In this document: piece by piece, positions 48,585 to 62,134 of the stretch
Position numbering within the stretch: position 1 is the first letter of the stretch
How the letters are laid out: every line of letters starts with the position of its first letter
DNA from: Lama guanicoe
Taxonomy: Eukaryota
Length of the DNA: 64,000 bases
Assembly: GCA_013239625.1 (NCBI GenBank)
Contig: MU054323.1
Coordinates: 3,274,161-3,338,160, forward strand
Direction of reading: 5' to 3'
Notes under the pieces: generated by a model
Seen by the model: only the letters and a program-made list of their open reading frames with translations
Databases searched by the model: none
What the model was told of the DNA's origin: nothing
Program-made: the position numbers and the translations under genes

Positions 48585-51500
48585 CCTGAAACGCCCACCC
48601 CTTCCATCCCTCCCTCTACTTGGCCACGAGCTACCGGTCCTTCAGTAACTACTCAGTCCAGGGCATTTCCCTACCTCTCCCCTGTTCTCCACCCACACTT
48701 TCAGCTAAGTTAGTCACACCCTCTTGGGGCTCCCACTTCATCCCATACATCCCCTTTCCCAGCACCAACCACTATACGGGGAATGACTGTTTGTGAGTCC
48801 TGGGTGAGATCTGAGCCAGGGCCGAGAAGCTTCCCCCAGAGCCATCCTTTTCCCCAGCCCTGCCATCTCTATTCCCAGGGCAGAAGCCCCCTCTGGGGTC
48901 TTCCAGCTCCTATCTTCTTTGTCCGCCACTATATGCAGGCTCAGATAGGGCAACAGAGTCCCTGTGAGGAAGGCAGAGAGGAAGCAGAGGTGGTCCTCAC
49001 CCGAGAAGTGCTCCCACCCCTGAGGGAGCCAGCCCCCTGCACAGGGAACCCCAGAGCAGACAGTGAACAGGCTGAGAACCTGCTGCCAGTGGAGCCCAGC
49101 CTGTGGCTGCAGGGAGATCAACCAGAGAAGCAGGAAAACATCAGGGAGGGCTGCATGGAAGAGGCAATCTCCAGGAAGAGGAGAGGAAGGAGCAGAAAAA
49201 GAGGGACAGGGATGCAGAATAAACTAAAGATGAGCTATCTCAGTTTCCTCTTTTCACAGAGGCGCAGAGAGAGGAAGACCTTGCCCAAGGTCACTCAGAG
49301 AGTCTATGGCACAGCTAGAACCTGGTGTCTTGGCTCCCAGCCCCAGGCTAGACCAGAGAACGTCTTTCTTTTCCTTCTCTGACCTTCCTCAGCCCCAGCC
49401 AATGCCATCTGACTTACATGTTTGGAGCCGTCTTTCTGCTTCTGCAGAGAGAAAGGCGGCTCACACTTCTCCCAGGGTGCCGCCTGAGCCAGTCTCGTGC
49501 GCTGCTGTCTCTGCCGTGCCCCACGCCTCCCTCATCCCACCTCCCATGGCCCCTGTCCCCACTTTTGTCTTTCCTTTGTTCATCTGTCTCTCCTTTGATC
49601 CTTCCTCCTGGAAGGACTGCTCTTTCCTAGGGAGGATGTTCCAGCTGAATCTGAGTAAACTCAAACTGGAAGGGTCTCAGAGCTCACGAGCCCCTCTCAA
49701 AGCTTGGATCTGCTGCTTGAGAGATGGACGTGAGGCCCGACAGAGCCCTGGGGAGACTGGAGTGGGAGGGAGCAAGCAAGCCCAAAGGGAATTTATCAAG
49801 CCATAGTAGTGAAGAGTCCTGGCTTTTCTAGCCAGATTTAGATGTAGCTGGATTCCAGATTGTCGCCAGCAGTCTCTCTCCCTGTGTCTCTCTGCTCCTC
49901 TCTGTCTCAGTGTGTCTCCCTCCCTCTCTCACCTCCCTTCCCTTTCCTCTCCCTGATTTCATCCTGTCTCCCTCTACTGTCTCCAGCATCCCATAAAGAT
50001 ACACCCTCACCTCCTTCAGCCAGAAAACAAAGAACAAAACATAATAAAACCCTCATGCAAAAGGACAACTCTGAGCTGCGCAAGACTTCAAAGCACTGCC
50101 TGTTATTTCATCTGTTTTTTCCATCTAAGTACGTATCTTGCTTTTCTGTGAGACTTGCTTTACATGCCCAGCACAGGGCTACGCACGTGGCGAGCCCTCG
50201 AGGAAGAACAGGACACTTGGTCCAGGCGAGGTTAGAGTAGGGAGGGGAAGAGGTCAGGGTCAGCAATGGGTCGAGGCTGGGGAGGGGCTGCAGGGAGAGG
50301 ATCCTTTGCAGCTGGTAATTCTCCCTCCTATTCTTTGTGCCCATGAGGCCCCAGAGCCAGAACAAACTCCCAGCACCCTCTGTCCTCCTCCCAGATCCCC
50401 ATGTCCCCCTCAACATCATTCAGGGGGTTGGGGGCCGGAGGCTGGGAGCTAGGGTGGAGACCTGGTCAGCATCAGCCTGGCTGATGCCAATTAAGACCCA
50501 GGAATCCCCTGCCCCTAACCCTGGGCTCAGATCAAAAGACCTTGGCCCTCGGATGAGGGGCTCCAGACCATAAATCAGAAGGAGACGGCCTCCAGCTAAC
50601 GAGCTCAGACCAGAGCAGGATCCTATTTCACTCCAAGGAGCAGCCAGTCCAGAGTGAGGGGCCAGGGAGGTCCTGGACCCCACAGTGCCTGTCTCCCCAC
50701 AGCACCCAGCTTTGCTCAGTAAACCCTGGGGTCAGTATCCTGGTGGAGGGGGGAGTGAGGAACCACACTTATCCCGTGGGCAGGTCCTGCCCCCCAGGCT
50801 CCAAGAGCTGCTTTTGGTGCCCACAGTCTGGCCCCATAAGAATTTTAACCGCTAACATCTGGGTTCAGGAGACTCCGGAAGAGCACATGTCTTCACCTCC
50901 TTTGATTCCCTTCACACAGAGGGCTTTTTAAATTTTAATTTGAGGTGACCTCTGCCCTGAGTTCCCATTCCCATAGATTCCAGATATTTCCTGTGCCCTC
51001 AGATAACCTCCCAAGCCAGCCCCTACCTGACCAGAAGCCTCTGCTAAGGGGGCACTGCCTCTCCCAAACACAGCCTGAGCTGGGCTGGGAGCCCCCTGGC
51101 CTCAGATTCACTCCGAGTACCCCCTGTCCTCTCCCAAGGGCCAAAGACGCCTGCAGTCGTAACAAATATCCCCCCAGGGCTCAGCCCAGCTCAGCCCAGT
51201 GCCCAGGAGGCCAGGGCTGCAGGCACCCTTGGTCCCCTGCTGTTGCCATCTCCAATAACAGCCTTAGAACCATCGGTGGAGAACTTACCTGCATCAGGTA
51301 ACCTGGTCACCCAAGAATAATTGCTCCTAACTCACGGATGAGGGAGCTGATGCTGGAGAAGGAAAAGGACATCTATTGTGCTCAACCAGTGCCAGTGCGC
51401 ACCAGAGCTGGGCCACAAGTAAGGTCCCCTCTCGGTGAGAGGCATAAGCTGCGGGCACAGGGCTGCTTGGTCTTGGGGCTGCTGGAGCAGGGGTGAGTCC

Positions 51501-51642
51501 ACGTGGTTGGTGAGCCTGAGAGGCTGAAGTCCTTTCACCCAGGTGTAGCCTGCCCATCTCAGCGTGGTGACCGGTGTGGCAAAGCACCAAAGGTCTCAGC
51601 AAAAGCCGCAGGGAGCAGAGAAGGGACAAGCAGGAGAGGGAT

Positions 51643-52245
51643 TGTCACCCAAAAACTGGGTTCGCCTCTTGGTGGGTGTCAAGGCAAAAGACACAAGCAA
51701 GCCAAAGATCGGGAGAAGGAAGGATTTGTTACTTGCAGCAAGTAAGGAGAATACTGGGGATCTTTCCCAAAGCCGTGTCTCCCTGAACAGCAAAACTGGG
51801 GAAGTCTGAAGCTAAGGGTACACACATATTCATGAATCAGGGGCTGGAGCAGAGGAGAATTCAGCATAGAATTGGGGCCAAGCTGGACAGAGCCCAAGAT
51901 TCACTTGACTGAAGTCAGGAGGGTTGTCATCATTCCATCCTCCACCTGGGTGGGGGTCTTATTTCCTACAGAACTCAAAGGCTGTATCAGATGGTTAGGT
52001 CTATCCCTTGGGGAGGAACTAGGTCTCTGTTTTGTGGCTAGACTGTTGTTTCTTGACTGCCTTTCCTTTGTTCTTGCAGAACCTTACTTCCCTTAAGATC
52101 ATGAATTACTGAGACCTGTTCTAAGGGCAAGCATTGTGGCCAGGCTTAGATCACAAAATGGCTTAGGCCAAAAATGGTTTCTCTTATTTCAAGAAACCAT
52201 GCCTGGTTCTATCTCTGGGGGATCCCCCTATCCTATCTGCTTACA
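51643..52245 (-). mobile_element. ERV1-type solo LTR
   Basis: TG...CA termini; perfect 4-bp TSD GGAT (51639-51642 / 52246-52249); homologous to 19890-20483. Confidence 0.93.
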
Positions 52246-53505
52246 GGATGGGAAGGAGCAGGGCCAGTCAGACCCTCAGCCTCCACCCTGTTCTTTCCAA
52301 GCAGCCTTTGGACTAAACTGGGGAGCTGTCTCTCTGTGGGTCCCCACTGTGTGTCCAGCACTGTGCTAAGCTAAGCTGTGTGGATGGGGAGTTTCCGATC
52401 CCTGCCTTCGAGGCACTAAGAGACCTGCAGAGGAGCAGGGACACATGTGTGTGTCTAGCCCAGGACTGGGGCCTGAACTGAGAGGGGCAGAGTGGGGCAG
52501 ACTGGGCATGCTCCTCGCAGGTGGGAACTTTCCAGCAGGGCCTGGTGACACAGATTACCTCCCATAAGTCACCCGCATGCCGCAGGCTGGGGCCCACAGC
52601 TATCAAAGCACTGAAGCCGCTCCCAGCAGGCACCTGTGGCTCTCCAGAGACTAGAAGATCCAGCAGGAGCCATAGGGTGGCCCCCACCCCTTCCCCAGGC
52701 CAGAGGCTAAATGGTACCACAGGGCAGCCTTGGTAGCCCCACCCCTAGCCCCTTTGCCAGCCCCAGGCTTCTCGCCAGTGGTTCGCCCACATGACCCGCG
52801 TTAAGGCCTCCCCTGCTCCCGCCCCCTCCTCGTCATGCCCAGTGACTCATCCTGCCTTCCCAGGCCCAGCTCACCGCAGCTGACATCACCTCCTCCATCC
52901 CTTCTCATCCAACCCTAGTGAGCCTTCTCTCTTCTCTGATCCCTCTTCCTACTCAAAGTCAACAAGGCTGGAGCTAGGAAGGACCTTAGGGAGTATCTGG
53001 GGCAGCCTCACTTCAGAGCTGGGGACACCCAGACCCCAAGGAATTCATTCCAGTTCGTAGGCTGATGCCTTTAGAATGTGGCTCTTTGACCGAAAAGGGC
53101 TGATTTAGGGCTGTATTGGGATGCCAGGGGAACAATCACTGCTCTGCCAGTAACTAAGATCTTACCCCTTACACCTGCCCAGCGGGGCCCAGAAACCAGG
53201 GCCGAGGCTCCCCAGGGCCGAGGCTCCCCAGGGCCATGGTTGCCCGGCACTGAGGATCACCCAGCCCCTTCCCGCCACCCAGGTCGGGAGTGGCCAATCC
53301 TTCCTCACCAAGATCAGCCATTTCAGAGAAAGTCACGAATAGAAGGGCAGGAGCAGGTGAAATCCTGCAGCCTCAGAGACAGTGAGTGGGTGAGGGTCCG
53401 ACCCACCAAGTGCCCGGCAGTGACAAGGAGAGGCAGACAGGAGCCAAGTGTTCCCCAGTCCTCAGAGAATGCTTTGTGCTTCACGAAGTAAGAACATCTG
53501 TGGAG

Positions 53506-53685
53506 CAGTGGTTTTCAAAGAGTGACCACTGATCCGACAGCATCAGCAATGCTTGGGAACCTGTCAGAAATACAAATTACAAATCCTCCGGCTCCACCCC
53601 AAACCCAGCAAATCAGACACTTTGAGATAGAGCCAACCCAGCCCTCCAGATGATTTGCATGCATGCTCAAGTTTGGAAAACACTG
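53506..53685. mobile_element. MER5A-like hAT-Charlie MITE
   Basis: TIRs cagtggttttcaaa / tttggaaaacactg; 180 bp. Confidence 0.85.
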
Positions 53686-56600
53686 CCATAAAGAATAGCC
53701 AAAGTGAATAGCAGGTCTGGGACCTGGTCAGCACTGCCAGTCCTGGTCCCCAGTGGGGCTCACTGACAGCCCCACAAGCCCAGTCTGCTTGCCTTTTCTG
53801 TGATCCCCTCCCACCAAATCAGGCAGGACTTCTGCAGGCAGGACAATCCAAAGGGGCCTTGAATAAGCCTCATGACCAGAGATGTGTCCTGTAGGCACAG
53901 ACAAGCCCAAAGGCACATCCCCCATCCTTCTGCCCCTGACTATTTGCAATGCTGCCTCTGTTCATACAAACAGGATTCCACCTCAGTTTCCTTGCGTCAC
54001 ACTCCAGCTCCCCGCTGACCTTAAAACAATGCCCCGGGCCTCAGCCTTCTCCACTGGGCCCTGTGCCATGCCATGCAGGGGCCTGGTCTCCTCTGGAGTA
54101 CCACATCCTGATCCTGTACCCCCAGTGCTAGCTGAGGTCCTTTGTAGACAGACAACCATCCACAGCTGTACTGCAGCCACCCAGGGCCTCCATGTACAAA
54201 TGTGTGGGCTGTTAACTGAACAGCTGGACAAAGAAGCCAATGGAAGGATAAAATCCAGCTCACATTCCCCTCACCAATGTTTCCTGGTGCAAGGTGGCAT
54301 CCACCCAGCTGGGGCACATTTTTATAATTTGCACAGATGCATTATGTGGGCTAGTGCTTGAGTATCACACCCCTCTTCCCCAGGGTTCCTCTGTTTCTGA
54401 GCTGGACTTACACTTGTCTTTCCCAAGTCCACACCAGCTGGACCTCCCCATCTCTTCATGTCTACACCAACTAGGACCCCACCCTCCCATATTGGCCATC
54501 ACACATGCCCTAATTGTCTCCTTTCTTTGGAGCCTCTTGGCTGGATCGGTTGTCCCACCTTTTCTTTTTTTTTTTTTACTGCTTGTCTCACTGACTCACC
54601 TGTCGTGTTTAAGATGACATAATAACAAGCAGACAAAACATCTTTGTCCATTGAAGTTTGAGGTCATTTCATCACATCTCCTAAGACATTCCATTCACAG
54701 ATGTGCTGGAAAGGCCTTCCTTAAATGGCCCTCCTGATGTTTCAGCCCTTGTCCCTTCTGCACATTAGGAGCGCTGGGCTCCCTCTGCTGCAGGGCAGCC
54801 CTCTGAGACTTGGAGACCATGTTCCATGCCTGGACCACCTGGATCTTCTCTTCCCCACTCCTTTCTCTAGTCCCTTGTGGCTTGGTCTCTCCCATCACTG
54901 CGAGCCAAGCTCTGCTATGTTGATTCTGCTAACTGATTTTTTCCAGACAACTGCACATACACCAATAGGCACCTAACGTTTCTATTTTACATCTTGGATT
55001 AAGAAAAATCTTTCCCAAGCATAGAGTTTTCCTCTCCACCTCCTGAAACAGCTGAAAACAGACATCATGTAGCCTTTTCTTGGGGCCTCTAGATAATAAT
55101 TACTATTGGAGCCACTGTAAAAGCATTTGCAATAATTCAAGTAATTACATAATCACTGTAGAAAAAAATGGAAAGTATAGATGAATGAAAAGAAAAAGCA
55201 TGCTATCACCTGATACCTTACCAGCCAGAGGCAATGAGTAATGATTTTTCGTTATATAATTTTCTGGCCTTTTTCCTAAGCAAACACACTTCACCAGTCT
55301 GGGGCATAAAGTCAGTCACTCTTATTTATTCAATAATTGCTTGAGCTCCATGTGCCCATATGAACAGGAAGCCTCATTCCACACCCACTTTTCCACGCCC
55401 ACCCCCCAGGGAAATTGGGAGCATACTTAGGCCTACGAGTAATTCTGCAAATGGCGATTGGAGAAAAACTGGAAAATTAAGAGGTCCTTATTTCACGGTT
55501 TCTGGCACAGCACTAAGGTGTCTGTGGAAAATTGTCTCACCAAGTCTGCTGGGATCATGTCTCGCTGGGTCTGCCCCTCGCCTGGTCTGCAGAGGGGCCC
55601 CACGTCAGGCTCCAAGGTTACCGCTCTTGTAGCTCATGCTTCTAAGTTTAGCCGCGTTCCCAAGCAGAGGGTGACCATAGAAGAGGCAGCTGAGTCTGGG
55701 AAGCCTCCATCCTCAGCCACACCCCAGGCCCAGGCCCAAGCCCTGAGGTTAACTGGATCACCAATTCTGACCCCTCCTTTCTTCCCAGCTTCATCCACTT
55801 GCAGGCAGTGGGCCTCTCCTGCTGGGAAACTTCATCAGAGGAATTCCAGCTTCCACATGGAAGAGGGTTTTGTCTCCATCCCTTTCTTCCCAGGTATTCC
55901 TCAGTCCCAGCTCTCTGCTCCTTCATGTGCGTGCTTAGAGGGGCCAGACTTCGTCAGGACACACAGGAAGCCGTACCTAACTTTCCCCTGGGAAATCCAG
56001 GTCCACTAGCTGAACCTGTGGATAAACCAGGAGCACCACTCAAGAGACAGTTCCCTGAAAAACGAAGTCAGTTCTTACCCAGTCGTCCAGATAAAGAAGG
56101 AGCTGATAACAACTTGCATTAACGTGGTCTGACCTATCAGGCTACCAGAACCAGAAAATTTGCCACACACACCTTGTCCAGATGAGGAATCTAAGGTCAT
56201 CCACTTACTTCTTAAGGGACTGAAGCTCCAACCTCCGGCTCTGAAGATTTCATCGCAAAGCAGTTTCCTCCATGCACTGATACATCAGGAATTCCTCTCT
56301 TGCTGGGAGGAATGCAGTGCACCCTCTGGCCCTGTCCTCGGGCACAGAACCTAGTGATGACCTTGACAGGGAAGATTTTGTTTCCAGGCAAGAGGCAGCC
56401 ATGCTGTGTCCCCTGGTGCCTGGGCCAGGGAGGTGTCTCCTGGTCAGCTCAAGGGGCATGGCGGGAGCTGCGCTGAGACCTTCCCTGTAGTCAGTGCCCT
56501 CCTCCACCACCACGCATACAAGGGGTGGGCACTTTGGTATGCATTTGTGTGTTGATGTTCTGAGATAATTTGAGATAATTAAATGTTTTTCCCAGGTTGA

Positions 56601-57393
56601 AAGAAGAGGAGAATGAAGGGGGCCAGAGTGCCGGGGTCTGCTTTCCACTTTCTTCTCTTCTTCCCAGCATCCCACCCTGCAGCAGACTATTTGTTTGGCA
56701 TTAGGGTGCCCCTATGCACCCCACTGCGTTCTGCCAGGGAACACAGTCCAGAGCTAGGGGAAGAGAGGGTCTGTATCTTCCTTCCCCCACATCAGCCCTT
56801 GGGCCAGCACTGTCTGCTTTGGGGGTCAAGGGACACAGAGGGCAGGGGCCTGACCTGGTGCTGGCTGCCAGCCCCAGCCTCAGGGTAGAGGAGCACCCAC
56901 ACATGGTGGCTGGCCCAGACTCTCATGCTCATGGCCAGACACACCTAGCAGTTGTGGGGCCTCAGGCTGGGTGGGACAGGTGTATATCTCACCTGACAAG
57001 CTCCGCCAGGCAGCAGACAAAGGGACAGAAGAGGCATGAACAGCGGCAACTCCTATTGATCCGGAAGCTGGAGGAGGAGCGGAGGCCTGGGGTCTCCCCG
57101 AGAGGTAGAAACTCACAGGGAGCGGCCTGGACACTGTGGGGCTGGGCAGGGCACCAAGGCAGGCTTCCTGGATCCTCCTGGTTCACAAAAGAGCAGCAGG
57201 AATAGAACTGTGCAAACAACCCTCAGGGGACCTTGAGATGCCAGGCTGCTTAGGGTGCTGGGGAAGCCCTTGCTACCCTCACTTCCCACCCGTGGCTGCT
57301 ACAGAATTTTCAAGTAAGAGGATGAGGCAATGATTGGAGACAATGGACTTGCCTTGAAGCAGCTACTCCCCAGCAAGCACACATTAAAAAAAA

Positions 57394-57617
57394 TTTTTTT
57401 TTATTGAAATGTGGTTGATTTACAATGTCAGTTTCAGGTGCACAAGCAAAGCACACCATTTTTTAAAAATTGAAATATTGTTGATTTACAATGTGTTAGT
57501 TTCTAGTGTACAGCATAGTGATTCACTTACACATTTATATATTCTTTTTCACTATAGTTTATTACAAACTATTGAATATAGTTCCCATGCTATATAGTAG
57601 GACCTTGTTGTTTTTTT
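57394..57617 (-). mobile_element. Two tandem short LINE-1 3' ends
   Basis: T tract + attgaaat(g/a)t(g/t)gttgatttacaatgt occurs twice (about 57403 and 57469). Confidence 0.85.
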
Positions 57618-57913
57618 AGCAAACATGCAATTTTTATTTAAGTGGACAATTTTTGGAGTGGTCAGAAGAAAGGGCTTCTCATTCTACATCCTAACTGCCT
57701 TCTCATTTCCCCAGTTCAGTCCTCCCCCAATTCCTCTGGCTTCTGGCCTCCAGGTTCTCCTTTCCATTCTATCCCAGCCAGCTGCTTCCCTAATCTTCTT
57801 AGAGCACCAATTTTTTCGGGTGTCCGTGTTCTGCTCCAGAACCTTCAATGGTTCCCATTTGTGATGAGGTGAAGTTCAAATCTCAAAGCCTGCATTCAAG
57901 GTCTTCTGGGGTT

Positions 57914-58043
57914 AGGGTGACCACATAGTCTGGCTTCTCTGAGGCACTCTAGGTTATTTCTGCTGTCCTGACATAACTACTAATAGCACCGTCTCTCCTG
58001 TACAAAAGTGTCCCAGGTTGGACAATGAATTATGTGGTCAGCT
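57914..58043. mobile_element. MER94-like hAT-Blackjack element
   Basis: TIRs agggtgacca / tggtcagct; internal aaaagtgtcccaggttggacaatgaatt. Confidence 0.7.
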
Positions 58044-58112
58044 TGCCTACAGTTCACTCTCCACCTAACGCTCCAGGCTAACGTCCAACCATCTCTCCTT
58101 GAATCTTCGAGT

Positions 58113-58296
58113 CAGTGGTTCTTAATTTTGGCAGCTCATTAGAGTTACCCGGGAGGCTTTTAATAAATGCTGCTGCCTGTGCTCACCCAAAAGTAATTTA
58201 ATTAAAACAAAGTCTCTAGGGGTGGGGCCCAGGCTTTGGTATTTTTTCTGAAGCCTCCAGGTGACTCTGAGGGGCAGCCAGGGTGGAGAACAACTG
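58113..58296. mobile_element. MER5-like MITE
   Basis: TIRs cagtggttct / agaacaactg; 184 bp. Another MER5 fragment lies at about 59336-59460. Confidence 0.85.
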
Positions 58297-58914
58297 ATCA
58301 AAGTAAAAACAGGTGTCCTGGAACTCTGTCCCTGAGTCTATCTGTCATTGATTTTTTGGTCACTTGTTCCCACTGACTGTCATCCATGTACGTCCCACCC
58401 AAGCTGCCAAGCCCAGCTCCAGTGCTGCCTCCTCCTTCATCTTTCCCAACCCCTGAGCCAGAAGGGCCTCCCCCTCCACTCACCCCTGCCCACTCCCTGC
58501 ACAGCTACCCTGTATTATGCTGGCTCCATGTTTTGCCTCCTTCACAGTCTATGAGCTCTGTGGATGGGTCATGTCTGACTCATCACCCCAGGGCCCAGAC
58601 TCAGTTTTCAGCAAAAGCCCTCACACCTGGCTGAGTGACTGTCACTGCTGGTCCTGAGCTTGGGCAGCCTCTCCACCACCCCGCTGGGCACCCTGCTGCC
58701 TCTCCCGGTTAACTTTCTTTTCCTGTGTGTGGCATCTCATTCTTTCATTCACTCATTCATTCATTCTGCTTTGTGCTAGATGCTATATTCCTCATTCCCT
58801 CTTCTTGATCCCCTGCACTACTAGAGAACTCATCTCCATCTCCTGGGCAGCCCAGCAGACTGTCATGCACATAAATGGTACTCAGCAGATACTGATTAAT
58901 AATCCACTGATTAA

Positions 58915-59305
58915 TAGTTAAACAAAACATGCATATCTGTGTAGTGGAATATTACTCAGCAACAAAAAGGAACTAAGCACTGATATATGCTACAAGATGG
59001 AAAACCTTGAAAAGAAGCCAGACACAAAAAGTCACAAATCACATGGTATAATTTCTAGGAATTATCCAGAATAGGCAAAGTCATAGAAACAGGAAATAGG
59101 TTAACAGTTGCCAGAGGCTGGGGGAGGGGAAAATCAGGGCTGACTGCTAATAGGTATGGGTTTCTTTGAGGGAGGTCAGAAATGCTCTGAAACCGGATAG
59201 GATGACGATTGCACAACCTTGTGAGTATATGAAAAACCTCTGAATTGTTGTTCACTTTCAGACGGTGAACTTTATGGCATTTGAATTACGTTGCAATTAA
59301 AAAGA
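58915..59305 (+). mobile_element. L1MB-like 3' end
   Basis: gtggaatattactcagcaacaaaaaggaa...agaagccagacacaaaaagtcaca...ggtgaactttatggcatttgaattac. Confidence 0.85.
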
Positions 59306-62134
59306 AATACTGCGGATGGGTTTTTCCTTCTTTACATTGTTCTCAAACTTTAATATTCCCGAGAATCACCTGGAGTGTTTGCTAACAGCGCAGGTTCCTG
59401 GGCCTCACCCTGAAGCTTTGGATTCAGTGGATGAGGGCAGAGCCCAGGACTCTGCATTTGATGGTAGAATCTTAATGCCACTTCTCCCTGCCCCAAAGGA
59501 CTTGGGTCAGAGCGTTTCTGAGCCAACCTCAGAAGACAAATAAAACTTTTAACCTATTATTTAAGGGAAAAAAAGCTTAAGATTTCAAACACAACTGAAA
59601 CTTTGTTTTCAGTCTGCTTCTTATTAAAAACAGACTGGGACCCAAAGAAACCCCATCAGGGGTAGGTAATGAAGTAATCATGATCATAATAAAAGAACAG
59701 AATGGAAAAACTGCCTGGCCTCAAGCAAACCACAAAAAAGTTGTCTTCTGCCTCCAGTGCTCAAGTCAGCCATTCAGTTGAAAATATCCCACTAGCCACA
59801 TGGAGAGCTTAATTTAGGGGAGAATTAAACATTAGAAAACCTTCTCACTGCCCCTATACAAATACCCGCTTAGAGACACCCATGCCTGCACAGCCAAAAT
59901 TCTAATTTTTGGTATGCACTCCATGATTAGGGCTTTCTTTGGAGTTACAAGGAAGCAGAGTTGTAAATTGGTATTAGAATGTGATCAAAAGGAATGTCTG
60001 TATGCAATTACTTTGTTCTGAGACCGGCGTCCAGAGGCATGGGCTTTAAAGCGCTGTCTTGGTCACGTGGTGTGCTCTCACATACATACATGCACATGAC
60101 TTTGGTCCCCAAGAAAGAGGGAAGACAAAGGCCTGGGTTTCATCATTGTTACAAGATGGAGTCTCACCCCAATAACTCAAAAAGGACCCTCTTCATCTCC
60201 CCTGGCTGCTCCTGAACCATTGCAAGAGGAAGTCTTGCCAATAACCTCTTGCCCCGGAAAGTAGCAGTTACTGTAATTTGAGAACAGACATCCCTGGCTG
60301 AACAGAAATTCACTTAACAAAACTCCAAATTGAATAAGGAGTAAATGAGAGGAAATAACATTCGTGATGCACGACTACTGAGTTCCGGGGGCTGGGCAGA
60401 GCAATTTCACATGGATTTTCCAATTTCATTCAATGAGTCACCACAACAACCCCACTGTGGAGGTATTATTATCCCCATTAGGACAGGGAAGAATCTGAGG
60501 CTCAGCGCGGTTGTGTAACTTTCCCGTGGTCACACGGTCAGTAAGTGGCATGGTTACACCACGTAAAAGCTCTCGAAGGAACGACGCAGAAAAACATCTA
60601 GGGAATTTGGGTGTCTTAGGAATGCATGTTGTGGCGGCTGGCTTGCTAAGGCTGTATACATGTATATGGAAAAGCCAAACCCAGTTCCTCAGACAGCATC
60701 GGAGGCAATCAGGACTTTGCCAAGCCCAGCAAACCACCGTCACCAGTGGGCTGCGTTTGGGAATGAAAGTGTTAACACAGATGTTCCGGTGACTGCATTA
60801 CTGGCATCCTAAGGCATAGGCTCTGGTCTGGGATCCTGCCCACTGTCCGGTCCCCTCTGTACCTGCCCTTCTCTTCCTCCCTGGGCTCCAGTCACACGGG
60901 GCTTGGCTGGCCCGTGAGCTCCTTTGGCCCCTGCTCTCCCTCTGACTGCCTCTCTCAAGGCCCAAGTTCACTCATTGACTGTGACTAGAGGGAAACCACG
61001 AGGCCAGTGACTTTGGCTGGCTGGCTCACCCCCGTATCTCCATAGCCTAGAACAGAGCCTGAGACAAAGTCAACACTCGATAAATATGTGTTGAGAATGA
61101 ATGAATAAATATATGAATGAATATTTTAGACCTCAGCTGACACCTTACTTCCTCAGTTCAACTTTCTGTCATCATGTCCGCCTTGTTAAATGGTCCCATG
61201 ACTCACCCACTTTTTTCTTTATTATGTATATATTCTCTGTGTGTGATTATTTGTCAAAAGTCTGGCTCTCTCACCGACTATAAGCTCTGTGAAGGCAAGG
61301 ACTGTACTGGTTCTGCTCACCATCATACTCTCAGTGACACTTACATTTGGGTGTTCAGTAAATGTGAGATGGATGAACAGATGGCTAAGAAAATCTTAGA
61401 AAGGTCAATTCTTTCTGAGCTGCTGTTTTCATCATAAAGCACTAAGGGGAACTAAAGGAAAATGGATCAAGAATCAACAGAAGAAAAAGGCAGTCATCAG
61501 ATTTTAAAATGAGCAAAGGATCCAAACAGATGTTTTTCCAAAGAAAACACACAAACAGCCAATGGGTATGTGAAAATGTACTCAACGTCACTAATCATCA
61601 AGGAAATGCAAATCAAAACCACAGTGAGGTGTCACTCCAAACATGTCAGGATGGCTGTTACCAAAAAGACAAGGGAGGATGTACAGAAAAGAAACACCTG
61701 TACACTCTTGGTGGGAACGTCAATTGGTACAGCCGCTACAGAAGACAGTATGGAGGTTCCTCAAAAAATGAACAGTAGGACTTCCGAGTATACATCCAAA
61801 GGAAATGAAATCAGTATCCCAGAGAAATATCTGCACTCTCATGTTTATCGCAGCCTTGTTTACAATAGCCAAGAAATGGAAACAACCTGAGTGTCTGCTG
61901 ACGGATGAATGGATAAAGAAAATGTCACACACACATATACACACACACGGGAATATCATTCAGCCACCAATGTAGGAAATCCTGCCATTTGTGACAACAT
62001 GCATGAATCTGGAGAATATTATGCTAAGTGAGAATAAGCCAGACAGAGAAAGACAAATACTATATGGTATCACTTATATGCTGAATTAAAAAAAAAAAAA
62101 AAGACCAAACACATCGAACCAGAAAGTAGAATGG

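Noticed and set aside
48783..49806. 199-aa and 166-aa ORFs
   Set aside because: No recognisable protein; they run through a purine tract and a MIR fragment.
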